The notes: generated by a model from the letters alone, not told the origin. A DNA stretch of 64,000 nucleotides from Candidatus Moraniibacteriota bacterium (GCA_963743885.1 CAVURJ010000002.1:433706-497705), one strand, 5' to 3'. Positions 48,735 to 58,606 are shown, counted from the stretch's first letter. Numbers and translations are program-made.

Positions 48735-49051
48735 AGAAAAAAGGCGTCGCGATAACTTCATCGTCGACGCCTACACGCTCCACTTTACCGTCAAGAAACT
48801 ACGTCCGATAGGCGGTTTGGGCGATGCCACATCCGTCTCCCGGCTTGACCCGAAGCTTCGGTACTCTGCGTCAGGATCTTCTCAACAGAGATTCTCGATT
48901 CGGCGTTCACCTGCCGGCTCACCTTAGCTTTCGGTCTGGGTCGAGTAGCATAACGCTACGAACTCTGCCCTTTCAGCGCACAAGAGAGTTCCCTCGTGCC
49001 ACTCCAGGAATCATGTACGATCCCCTCTACTTTTCAAGCTTCAGCGCGTGC
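48735..49051 (-). ncRNA. Orphan structured RNA candidate (about 315 nt)
   Basis: Promoter TTGACA(49086)-17-TAGACT, several hairpins, terminator at 48737-48772, no long ORF on this strand. Confidence 0.5.
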
Positions 49052-49249
49052 GGGAAGAGTCTACCAGCCAAAGGCCGCCATGTCAATGACTCATTGACCC
49101 TTGTTACAAACAGGCAACATCTTTCGGCTCTAATGAAGCAAATACATGTGATGCAAAGGTATTGAAACATTACGAAACATTGACTTTTTTATATTTTAGG
49201 TGTATAATATGCATGAGTACATTTCACAACCAGCCAGAAAGGAAGCGCC

Positions 49250-49465
49250 ATGGGCAACGAAACTTCTGATTCTTTCATACCGCCACGCATCCTAGCAAGA
49301 CGCGAAGGAGATGCGAAAAAAGGGTCCGTGTTAATCGATGCTAACGGCGTACGGGCGGAAATCGCATCGCCATCCGGACCGGATGGTATACAGATCGTCT
49401 CTCTGAACGCCGCCGCCCCATTCCTTCTTTCTGAGGCCATACCAAAAACGAAACGGCTGGTCTAA
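49250..49465 (+). CDS. Hypothetical protein
   Basis: 71 aa; promoter TTGACT...TATAAT upstream, terminator downstream. Confidence 0.5.
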   Translation: MGNETSDSFIPPRILARREGDAKKGSVLIDANGVRAEIASPSGPDGIQIVSLNAAAPFLLSEAIPKTKRLV

Positions 49466-49678
49466 TCCCCACCCTATACAAAAAGGAGTCGCAACGCGCC
49501 TCCTTTTCTCTTTCTCTTGTTTGTTACCAAACGAATGAGAGAAAGATCATGTCAGGTATAGGACTCGCCCCGCGGCACATACCCGTTATTACCGGCTTGT
49601 TTGACTTTTCTCCTTCTCGGATATACTCTGTCATGAAGTTCTTTTCCAATCAAACCAAGCGAAAAGGAGAAATTCCTT

Positions 49679-49948
49679 ATGCAATCGCTCAAGGTACATC
49701 TGCCGCGCGCAGTCCGATATTTCAAGCGTTACGGATACACACTTTCGAAAACGGATGATTATCTCAGTGCCGGAAGCGAAGTGCGTCTCGGCAAGCCAGT
49801 TCCACTCTTTTATGATCATTGTAATCAGCAGGCCGCCCCTTTCATAAAGGATGGGCTAGAATTCTATGTCCTCGTAGAAGAGGTCTATGTAGACGGCCTT
49901 TTCGAAAAACTGGACCGGTTGCCGAAATTCGAACTCGTCAAAGGATAG
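49679..49948 (+). CDS. Hypothetical protein
   Basis: 89 aa with an AGGAG RBS. Confidence 0.55.
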   Translation: MQSLKVHLPRAVRYFKRYGYTLSKTDDYLSAGSEVRLGKPVPLFYDHCNQQAAPFIKDGLEFYVLVEEVYVDGLFEKLDRLPKFELVKG

Positions 49949-50173
49949 AAAAAGAGATGAGGATCACGAATTATCAGATCTGCTTCGAAGTCTATCATGG
50001 CACTGGCGGATGCTCATTCGCAGTAGTCGACAAAACACTCGCCAAGTGCCAGAAAGCCCTCCTCTGAGCAACCGCTCGAAACTAAAAGGAACTCTCCGGA
50101 GTTCCTTTTTTCTTTTTTCAGTAAAATCTGGTGTTTTGGAAATGTAACATAATCTGACGGCCGTCGGATTATG

Positions 50174-50773
50174 TTACTTTTTAGTTTTGTGGAGTTTCTG
50201 TGTTTTTGTAGATTTTTTGGAGCTAAAGAAATGTTTTTTAAGCTTCTGCTCATTATCAATCCAATCGACCGACATGATACGCACGAAAGAATCCGCTCGA
50301 TAGAGCGACACGAGCTCTGCGAGCTGCTTCTCGCACGGATGCGGCGAGACGAAGACGCTTTGCTGGATCCTATAGAATTTCAACTCCCAAAGGTGCTCAC
50401 GAAGAATAGTACGGAACTCGCGACTTTTCTCTGGGATATCAAACATCACGACGCGCCATTTACCATCCCATTGCCGCTTGTTCTTGAACTTGATTGAGTT
50501 ACCAAAGAGGAACTGGATACGCGCCTGGCGCTTTCCTTCCTCCGTCAAAACGAGCTTGAATGACCCATCCGGCTGCACGACCTCCCTCACGAGCTTTTCA
50601 TTACAAAGCCGCCTCACGGATCGTTTGATGCTCCGCTTATCGACCTCCTTCCACTCCCGTATCAATATCCCGAGCTTCCGATAGTACCGGATGGATGAAG
50701 TCTCCATACCGAGAGCAATTCCTCCCACAAGGAGGATGAGCAATTTCTGCTGCACTGGTCCAACCCTGAACAT
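50174..50773 (-). CDS. PaaX-like wHTH + Cas2-like domain protein
   Basis: RLCNEKLV...LTEEGK, WDGKWRVVMFDIPE..R..LR..L...F..IQQSVFV. Confidence 0.8.
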   Translation of the reverse strand: MFRVGPVQQKLLILLVGGIALGMETSSIRYYRKLGILIREWKEVDKRSIKRSVRRLCNEKLVREVVQPDGSFKLVLTEEGKRQARIQFLFGNSIKFKNKRQWDGKWRVVMFDIPEKSREFRTILREHLWELKFYRIQQSVFVSPHPCEKQLAELVSLYRADSFVRIMSVDWIDNEQKLKKHFFSSKKSTKTQKLHKTKK

Positions 50774-51103
50774 ATGATTTTACTTTACGTTTTTTTTCAT
50801 TTTCCCACCTTTTCAAATTGTAACACGAAATGACGGCCGTCATTTCAGGTAACAATTCAAAAACAGATACTAAATCATGAAAAGGTGACGCGAGCCGACG
50901 GCCGTCATTTGGGGTAACAATTGGTTTGGGGAAGATTTGGGGAGGTTTTGGGGAGATAGGAGGGAATCGGATGCCACGATTGGGTTGGGTACGTAATCAA
51001 TTACGTAATTATCTTTCTTTCCTCTCTAAAAAAGTGTTTACCACCGTCGTCCATGGACGACGTGGCTTGCCTGCCCGCCCCTGGAGAGACCACTTTTCTT
51101 CTC

Positions 51104-52564
51104 CTAAAGATTTCTTTCCAGTCGCTGGCTAATAATTTTCCCTATCTCCTTAAAAAGTTTTTTTCTCTTCTCTTGCGTATCTTCGTCTCTTTCATTTGAA
51201 AGATTTTCATAATAATGATCAACAACATTATCAGAAACTATATGAAGATAAGAAAATCTTTTCTTTGTCTCATTACAAGCCTTCGCCATGTGGCCAATTT
51301 CTGGATCAATAAAAACTCCATGCTTTTGAAAAAACTCAACAGCATCTTTTGTCTCATCAATTACTGATCCACACGTAACATGGCTTCCAAACAAAACATC
51401 CTGACGATCAGAAATTTCATTTTCAAAAATATTGCTCCACGTAATAGAATCTCCATGTACATAGCTCTCTGAACCACTCGCTATCCATTCGTTCGGAACA
51501 ATACCAGATTTAAGACTCCCAAGCTTTCCTATATATACAAATGTTGTGAATAAATGAAACCGAGCTAAAAATTTTATCATAAAATAAGCAGCGTCTCCCC
51601 AGATACTAAATTGACACCCAAGCAAAAGCACTCTGCAAGCACCAATATTTCCAATTTTCCATCTAAAATCTCCATCTCCATCAAACTCCACACCTTCAAA
51701 CAACCCAATACGATCAATATTCCCAAAAAGAATAACATCTGCCGTCGGAATACTCTCCAAGTTGGTATCTTTAAACGCCTGAAAAATCCTCTCATCATCA
51801 GCATGGATATAGGACACTTCTTTCTTCTTGTTCAGATTGCAAAAATAAGTAGCAACAAGATTGGCATAATGACGTATATAATCATATCCAGGGAAACAAC
51901 AGAGATAAAGCGTATCTCCATCTAAGAAAACCGTTGGCCTTTCAAAATTAAATAACTTATCATTCTTCTCATCGGTCGAGACATGCGCACTCCGATCATG
52001 ACTACCTATAACGCGCACTTTCGAAAATTCATCCTGTTTCGACCGAATAAGATGATGCATCTTCATTTCTATATACCGATGAAGAGCATCCCCCATAGAA
52101 TGTTCACTTGATAGACAGGTTGAAACATCGAAATGTTCCTTATTCGACGAAATATTCTTAACGAATTGCAAAACAGTATAGTCTCGTAACTCCGGCACTT
52201 CCTTCAACGAAACAAATTGAACCACTTCATGCTTTCCTTCTTCCATGTTGCGCGCTTCACTTTCATCGGCCACCTCGGCTACATAATACAATCCGAGCCA
52301 GTGCGTATTCTGAATAATCATTTTCTTCGTCGTCAAAAGCTCTAGGCTCGTAATGCGAAGATTGGTTTCTTCTAGAATTTCACGAATAAGTGAAGACTCA
52401 ATATCTTCTCCAAATTCAACTGTTCCGCCAGGCAAAAGCCATGCTCCCGCGCCAATCCTTTGATCTGATTTCTTTTTCAAAAGTAACACGCGTTCCTTGG
52501 TCTTATCAAAAACGATAGCCCGCGCATAAAAACGAAATATCGGCTGATTTTGATCACTGCTCAT
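51104..52564 (-). CDS. NUDIX hydrolase fused to a nucleoside-phosphorylase-like domain
   Basis: Nudix box GGTVEFGEDIESSLIREILEETNL; C-terminal VYIGKLGSL, IDPE, IVSDNV; low GC. Confidence 0.7.
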   Translation of the reverse strand: MSSDQNQPIFRFYARAIVFDKTKERVLLLKKKSDQRIGAGAWLLPGGTVEFGEDIESSLIREILEETNLRITSLELLTTKKMIIQNTHWLGLYYVAEVADESEARNMEEGKHEVVQFVSLKEVPELRDYTVLQFVKNISSNKEHFDVSTCLSSEHSMGDALHRYIEMKMHHLIRSKQDEFSKVRVIGSHDRSAHVSTDEKNDKLFNFERPTVFLDGDTLYLCCFPGYDYIRHYANLVATYFCNLNKKKEVSYIHADDERIFQAFKDTNLESIPTADVILFGNIDRIGLFEGVEFDGDGDFRWKIGNIGACRVLLLGCQFSIWGDAAYFMIKFLARFHLFTTFVYIGKLGSLKSGIVPNEWIASGSESYVHGDSITWSNIFENEISDRQDVLFGSHVTCGSVIDETKDAVEFFQKHGVFIDPEIGHMAKACNETKKRFSYLHIVSDNVVDHYYENLSNERDEDTQEKRKKLFKEIGKIISQRLERNL

Positions 52565-52872
52565 ACGCTCAAATAGAAAACTTACACTACCAGTATACAC
52601 CCATCCAAAAACCTAGTCAGTTCTCAAATTTGACACAAAATCTAGTGTTTTGGAAAGGTGACGCGAGCCGACCCTCCGGAGGCGGGTAAACGGCCACCCG
52701 CCTAGACTCGGCGAGGCTGGTCATTTGGGGTTACTTTTTGGAAATGAGAAGATTGAGAGGAAAACGGCTGGGTTGGGTACGTAATCAATTACGTAATTAT
52801 CTTTCTTTCCTCTCAAGAAAAAAGGATGGCCTTTACGGTCATCCTTTGCAAGTCATTGCCTGATCTTTGCGT

Positions 52873-53334
52873 TCAAGCCGAAACCAAAACCTCCCAGCCA
52901 CGCTCCCGAAGCTCGCCGCGAAGCTTCATCCACAGCTTGCCGAGATGGTTCAGCCCCTGCCAGTCCGGACCGCGCCCCCAGAACGAATCCTTGGGCGAAT
53001 CCTCGACAAGCTCGGCGTTACCAGTCTCGAGTAGCTTCTCGCGGACATACGCATGCTGTTCAATCTTCATCCGGAGAAACTTCTCCATGATATCAAGCTT
53101 GATATCGTTCCAATCAGCACGAACCTTGTCCTGATACTTCCGGCCGATCTTTTTGGAATCATGCGCCGACATCGCCGTCCGGATCTCTTCGACAATAGCC
53201 GGATCGGTAAACTTCGCCGCCTGATATGCATGCTCGACGGTCATCCAAATGACACCATCTTGCAAAATCGCAAACGACGAGAAATTGGAAAGGAAATACC
53301 GCTTACCTTCGTAAAACAGAACTTTCTCTTGCAT
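52873..53334 (-). CDS. NADAR family protein (YbiA-like)
   Basis: FLSNF, TVEHAYQAAKF, LLETG..LVEDSPKDSFWG..G.NHLGKLWMKLR. Confidence 0.9.
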   Translation of the reverse strand: MQEKVLFYEGKRYFLSNFSSFAILQDGVIWMTVEHAYQAAKFTDPAIVEEIRTAMSAHDSKKIGRKYQDKVRADWNDIKLDIMEKFLRMKIEQHAYVREKLLETGNAELVEDSPKDSFWGRGPDWQGLNHLGKLWMKLRGELRERGWEVLVSA

Positions 53335-53638
53335 GTCCCACCTCCTGCCAGAAAAAAGAAACGTAAAAGAACTTCCGTAGAGTATCGCAAGAAATAGCCA
53401 AGAAGTCAATTTCGAATGATTTTGGAAAGGTGACGCGAGCCGACGGCCGTCATTTGGGGTAACAATTCTGATTTGTGAGGTTTTGGGATGAGGACAAATT
53501 AGGTACGTAATCAATTACGTAATTATCTTTCTTTCCTCTCTAAAAAAGGTGTTTAGTTAATTTTCTTCTTAAGTAAAGAAAAGGAGGTCCGTCAGATCCT
53601 GACAAACCCCCTATTTAGCGCTTAATCGAAGCGAGGCG

Positions 53639-54061
53639 CTATCCGCTAACTGGGCATTCAACTCCGAGCGGAACCTCGATACCATTGAGCTCCATAGTCT
53701 GGCGCCGTACTTCAAAAAAGGCATACCAGTTGGAAATCTCGTTGAGATCGATAGCACTCGGAATCTGGAGCAGCCGATTCAGGTATGCGAAGGCTTTCGG
53801 TGAAGAAAGCGCCCACTCCCTTGCCATGGTAGTGACATCAGCATTGCCAGAAAACTCCACCAGGCACTTGGCCATCGATGCATCGACGGCGTAGAGCAAG
53901 GACAAGACTTCTTGGACTGCCTCGGTGGGCGTTGTCCACATCTGGCCGGCATCCAATGCTATCAATATCCCGAGTGGTGATTCCATCCGTTTTCTGATGC
54001 TGGCGAACAACAGCGCATCAGATGCATCACCTGGCATGAACACAAACTTGCAATCTGACAT
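53639..54061 (-). CDS. Hypothetical protein
   Basis: 140 aa with a GGAGG RBS. Confidence 0.55.
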   Translation of the reverse strand: MSDCKFVFMPGDASDALLFASIRKRMESPLGILIALDAGQMWTTPTEAVQEVLSLLYAVDASMAKCLVEFSGNADVTTMAREWALSSPKAFAYLNRLLQIPSAIDLNEISNWYAFFEVRRQTMELNGIEVPLGVECPVSG

Positions 54062-54072
54062 GGTAGACCTCC

Positions 54073-54474
54073 TCAGACGACTGTGGTAGCGGTACCGGAA
54101 AGATACTTCCGGATCTCGTCGACATAGCGTACAGGCACGATGACAGAGCCCTTTCTCGTACTAGTGTTGTAGTTCGAAAAGATAAACTCCGATTCGGGCC
54201 TCCGATGACTTCTCGTGTAGAGTAATACGAGGTCCTTCCGGAACATCCCCTTCATCGTCACGTTGTACGGTGGCGATACCATCTCGTAAGCCGTGATAAC
54301 GAGTGAGACGTCGATACTCGGTCCGCCTTCCCTCCCGAACCAAAAAACAACTGGGGGCGGTTCGCATTCAAGCACTGTGAGGCATCCGAGCGAAAGCAGG
54401 CAGCGCTGTGCGTTCGATCCCTCGAATACGCCAAGTGTGTGTGTTTGCGACGAATCGCTGTTTGGATGGGTCAT
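54073..54474 (-). CDS. Hypothetical protein
   Basis: 133 aa with an AGGAG RBS. Confidence 0.55.
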   Translation of the reverse strand: MTHPNSDSSQTHTLGVFEGSNAQRCLLSLGCLTVLECEPPPVVFWFGREGGPSIDVSLVITAYEMVSPPYNVTMKGMFRKDLVLLYTRSHRRPESEFIFSNYNTSTRKGSVIVPVRYVDEIRKYLSGTATTVV

Positions 54475-54901
54475 CCGACTTCTCCTTGTAAAAAGAACTG
54501 CCCTATCATGACGTAGAGCATCGCCGTTACTGCCTTACGACAGCCACCTCCGCATCCGCAGAGGAATTCAGGGTATAGTAGCCTACACGCAAAAACATGT
54601 CAATTCCGCATGAAATCAGGGGTTTTGAAAATGTATCATAATTCCACCTTCCGGAGACAGGCGAGTGATCTGGAATATGTCTTACTATTTTCGCGATTGC
54701 GTAAATTGTAAGACTTTTTGTTTAAGAGAAAAAAGGGAGGAAAAGATGTGGCAGAAAAAGAATGAATACGTAATCAATTACGTAATTATCTTTCTTTCCT
54801 CTCTAAAAAAGGTGTTTACCACCGTCGTCCATGGACGACGTGGCTTGCCTGCCCGTCTCTGGAGGGACCACTTTTCTTCTTCTTAGAAAACAGTTCTTAT
54901 A

Positions 54902-55792
54902 TTAAAACAGGTCGTCAAGAAAAACCTTTATAGCAAGTGCTGGACCAGTAATATCAGTAATATCAAATTTTATTGTAAAAGAATGCTGGGAACTATCTAT
55001 AAGAATTTTATAACTAACAATATCTTTATAAAAACGGCCCGCACTCAAAAATCTCTCTACTTTGCCCAATAACTCTTTTGTATTAAAAAATTCACCATCC
55101 TTTTTAATTTCTTCCTCAAGATTTTCCGCTTGAAATTTTCTAACAACGGCCAATGGTAGTATCCGTCTTAAAAGAAGAATGCATGCATTTGATTTAGCAT
55201 GTTCGTAATTAAAATTAAATTCTTCACATAATGCCGCAATATCTTTCGGAACCGCCTTTAAAAGAGTGGCGGAGAAAATTGTTACCGTAGCAACTTTTTT
55301 GTCTGTAGGCTCATCCACATTTTCTGAAGATTCTAATTCACCAGGAAAAATTAATGGGCCATTATCCATATAATTATTCAAAAGAAAACCTTTATTTTGA
55401 AATAGGGCTTCCAATGGACCTATAAGACTACGAAGCTTATAGATTCTCTCATTATTTTGTTGGGTCTTGTAATCTTTCTTCTCTAGTTTTCCAAGCTCAT
55501 CTCGCCAAGAAATCAACATGCGATGTGTAAGCATTGATAAACTCTCAATCATCTTTTCTGGTATCTCAATTTCTACAGCATGAGGTTCCCCGTCACACAT
55601 CTTGTTAGGGTCTTCATAATTCAAGTTAAAACTATCAATTTTATTTCCAATATCAACGTATGCTTCCAGCAAATCATCGATCTGCTCACGAACATCATCA
55701 TTGACAGATATGTGTCTTAAATCCTGTATATCCTTAAGAAAACGATAAATCGCAATCCTAAAATATTTCAAAGTTGTAGAATAAATCCTCAT
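54902..55792 (-). CDS. Hypothetical protein, possible HEPN/DUF4145-like C-terminus
   Basis: NACILLLRRILP...SSQHS; low GC. Confidence 0.55.
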   Translation of the reverse strand: MRIYSTTLKYFRIAIYRFLKDIQDLRHISVNDDVREQIDDLLEAYVDIGNKIDSFNLNYEDPNKMCDGEPHAVEIEIPEKMIESLSMLTHRMLISWRDELGKLEKKDYKTQQNNERIYKLRSLIGPLEALFQNKGFLLNNYMDNGPLIFPGELESSENVDEPTDKKVATVTIFSATLLKAVPKDIAALCEEFNFNYEHAKSNACILLLRRILPLAVVRKFQAENLEEEIKKDGEFFNTKELLGKVERFLSAGRFYKDIVSYKILIDSSQHSFTIKFDITDITGPALAIKVFLDDLF

Positions 55793-55797
55793 ACAAA

Positions 55798-56861
55798 TTA
55801 TCTATTCCTACATTGCTCTTGATACGCTGGATTTGATTTTACAAAATTCAATGCTTTTTCCAAATACGAGGCGCCTTGAAATTTAGGAATCACAGTATAG
55901 GTAAGCATTGCCTGATAAGCCCCCGAAGAGTTATTGGCTCGAACTCTGGAAACCAAAGAATTAAACTCCTCCTTATTTAAGGTTCCAATAAAAGCATTCT
56001 GGGTACTAAAAGCACTCGCTTCATCAGCATAGCATTGAGGAAACGTTTCGTATGATTTTCCTATCTCTTGTGAATCGCTACCCATATTTACGAAAACAGA
56101 TCCGTCAATATGATTCAAAACATGTTTTATTTCGTGAGCTAACAATATCGCAGTGAGCAAATCATCTTTGGCACTATATTTCGGAGAAACAAGAATATCA
56201 TACTCATCCAAAGATTGGGTGGGAGAAAAAGAAACATACCCTCAGCCCCGGCCATTTCCTGATCTGATTTGGCATATTGTATATTTAAACAATTTGATAC
56301 AGCTCTAACTCCTTCGCTATATACAATATTACCTTTATCTCCGGATTGTTCCATGCGCTGCGAAATCAGACTTATTGCCCTTTTAAATTCGTCCGGGATA
56401 CCATATCCAATATCTCTTATGCAATAAAATGGGTTAAGATCGTCAAAGAACCAATCATTATTTTCATATATGAAACCAGCATAGCGCCGCAAGCTGCTCT
56501 CTCCATTTTTACATTCGACCACAGAACAATCTCGTATCGTTTGAATCGCATATCCTTTACCGTCTCTTACAACCGCGCTATTTTCAACAAAAGCAAGATT
56601 CCCCGACTTATCATTAAGTTTTAAATATATCTCTCTAGAGATTTTCTGTTTCGCTTCATTCGTAAAATATAAATCGTATATTTTCCCATAATCACCCCTA
56701 TCTGATAACTCAACCATCTCTTTAATTCTTTGCTCTAACTTGCCAGAATTCTGATCCAATACAATGGCTGGCGAGCTCGTTCTCATACTAGCCATAACAA
56801 TAATAGCGCCTCCAAGCGCCAAGAAAATCCACAGGAATATTTGAGTTGTTCTAATCTTCAT
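55798..56861 (-). pseudogene. Exported HExxH metallopeptidase-like gene split by a 1-nt frameshift
   Basis: EGMFLF joins SPTQSLDEYDIL...LAHEIKH...EASAF if one T is added in the run at about 56226-56230. Confidence 0.6.
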
Positions 56862-56993
56862 AATGTTTACAAACAAAAAAAGAAACAACGAAAGAAAAAA
56901 TCAAGAAAGTGTTTGTTTATGCCTCAAGTATATCATTTTCCCTTAAAAAAGGTACTTGACCCCTTTTCTTCTTGTTTTCTTCTCTCATAAAAT

Positions 56994-57512
56994 TTAAGAT
57001 TTTTCTTTGTTTACGCGCCCCATCAAGCCCATTGATAAATACCTTCGTTTTGCATTACAAAAAACAATATCATTGTTCAAAATGTCTTTTCTGAGTCCAT
57101 GGTACGCCATCCTCAAATTACAAGCGAAGTCTTCCAAGTTCAACATTATTTTCCCATTTGGTGTAGCTTCAAAATGATGCCCCGCTTTGTTTGCGTCAGT
57201 AAAAACATACGTTCCTCCTTCAGCATAAGAATGGACAAGTCCACAGCGAAGATCTTCCCATAATTTTTCAGAGTTATAATTCGGAAGATATTTTTCCGTA
57301 AAATTAATAAACCTCGCTCTTGAACCGCCTTTCACACTTCCCTTTTCCAAGCCAGCAAAAAACCCAGCCATAGCATCTATAAAACATGCTCCTAAAATAA
57401 AACCGGCCAGTTTAGCCTCTCCGGCAATTGATGCTCTTTCAATATCCCCATATTCCCAGCCAAGGAGATATTCGTCCAAAGTTTCCACTAATTTTTCTTT
57501 TGTGAGATTCAT
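56994..57512 (-). CDS. Putative HEPN-domain protein
   Basis: LRCGLVHS (Rx4H), helical, low GC. Confidence 0.55.
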   Translation of the reverse strand: MNLTKEKLVETLDEYLLGWEYGDIERASIAGEAKLAGFILGACFIDAMAGFFAGLEKGSVKGGSRARFINFTEKYLPNYNSEKLWEDLRCGLVHSYAEGGTYVFTDANKAGHHFEATPNGKIMLNLEDFACNLRMAYHGLRKDILNNDIVFCNAKRRYLSMGLMGRVNKEKS

Positions 57513-57518
57513 ATGAAT

Positions 57519-57863
57519 TTAGAAACGAGAGCGTCCTGCTCTTAAAATAGCAACAAATTCGGAAAGTCTAGAAGAGTCATCAACATACCCACCACTTGGG
57601 CCATCATTTGCAAATTGCCAATAACCCTCTTCACACCAAACAACACCGGTATTTATTGTCTTGCCTCCATCTATGTATACAACTTCAATATCACTCCCAA
57701 AATGAGGGATATCAAAGACCCGACAAACAACCGCGTCAATATACGGATAGACTTTCCCAATCGATATCCAACTTTTTGACTGTACCTGTGGTTTTTCGAT
57801 TAACACAATATAATTAAATAAATTATTTAGATTTGATAATAATTTCTGCCGCTTTTCCTGCAT
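57519..57863 (-). CDS. Hypothetical protein
   Basis: ORF in the low-GC island. Confidence 0.5.
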   Translation of the reverse strand: MQEKRQKLLSNLNNLFNYIVLIEKPQVQSKSWISIGKVYPYIDAVVCRVFDIPHFGSDIEVVYIDGGKTINTGVVWCEEGYWQFANDGPSGGYVDDSSRLSEFVAILRAGRSRF

Positions 57864-58596
57864 TTTTCAGCAACTCTTTTGAAAGAATTGGCTCTTTTGT
57901 TTCTGAAATACTAGGTGCACAAAAAACATCTGCTGCTTTTTTCATAAATTCTTTTTTAATTTCCGTATTTATTGTATTTTCTTCAGACTCACTTGTTTCA
58001 CCAATACTCAAAAGTATATTGTGATACGTTTGCGCCAGTGTTTTCCTATTGGCATAGTCATTTCTCAACTTCACATAATACGAATATTGGGCAGCAGAAA
58101 ACCATACAGCGCTTATAAATATAAAATCCAAAATGTAAAATTCAAACCTTTCAAACCAAGGTTTTCCATTTGCTTGATGAAGCGCCCAAAAAAATGATCC
58201 CGCTAACGCAGAAAAAGAAAGAAAAATAACAACTAGCCAGTTTATAATACTTTTTTTATATTCCTCTTCTTGTTCCGCGTAAGCTTCAGCCATCTTTCTT
58301 AATTCTCTTTTATTTATCTCGCTCTGTTTTTGATTATTAGCCTCCTCGAGGGAAGAAACTTTTTTTATTAATTCTTCCTTCTCTACTTCCAATCCACTTA
58401 TCTTTAAACTAGAGTCCAACTCTTTATCAGAAATTCTTTTATCAAAATCAGACTTGGCATCCGTAAACGCTTGTTTGGAGGATACTAATTCCTCTTCAAG
58501 TTTAGAATTATCTTCTGATAATTTAGCGACTTGAGATTCTAGATTTCGTTTCTCATTTTGCAACTCTATATAAGAAGCTTTATATGCTTTACCCAT
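57823..58596 (-). CDS. Coiled-coil + 2TM protein
   Basis: Long heptad N-terminus, two TMs, DYANRKTLA. Confidence 0.6.
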   Translation of the reverse strand: MGKAYKASYIELQNEKRNLESQVAKLSEDNSKLEEELVSSKQAFTDAKSDFDKRISDKELDSSLKISGLEVEKEELIKKVSSLEEANNQKQSEINKRELRKMAEAYAEQEEEYKKSIINWLVVIFLSFSALAGSFFWALHQANGKPWFERFEFYILDFIFISAVWFSAAQYSYYVKLRNDYANRKTLAQTYHNILLSIGETSESEENTINTEIKKEFMKKAADVFCAPSISETKEPILSKELLKNAGKAAEIIIKSK

Positions 58597-58606
58597 AAAA
58601 TTAGTT

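Larger units (their letters stand above)
50144..53463. repeat. Palindromic repeat family A (GT[A/G]AC-N-GACGGCCGTC-N-GT[T/A]AC), 5 copies
   Basis: 50144-50177, 50820-50853, about 50885-50918, about 52658-52734 (interrupted), about 53430-53463. Confidence 0.85.
50990..54880. repeat. Repeat family B (TACGTAATCAATTACGTAATTATCTTTCTTTCCTCTC...), 4 copies
   Basis: 50990-51102, 52778-52823, 53504-53555, 54767-54880; copies 1 and 4 share about 110 bp. Confidence 0.9.

Noticed and set aside
48735-49051. tmRNA, RNase P RNA or T-box
   Set aside because: No tRNA-like ends, no GAGGAAAGUCC, no T-box consensus.
50174-50773. Bona fide cas2 with a CRISPR array
   Set aside because: Fused to a PaaX-type wHTH; nearby repeats are separated by whole genes, not 30-40 bp spacers.
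50144-54880. Classical integron attC sites or dif sites
   Set aside because: No RYYYAAC/GTTRRRY boxes or intI; the TTATGTTAC arm at about 50169 has a 16-bp rather than 6-bp spacer.
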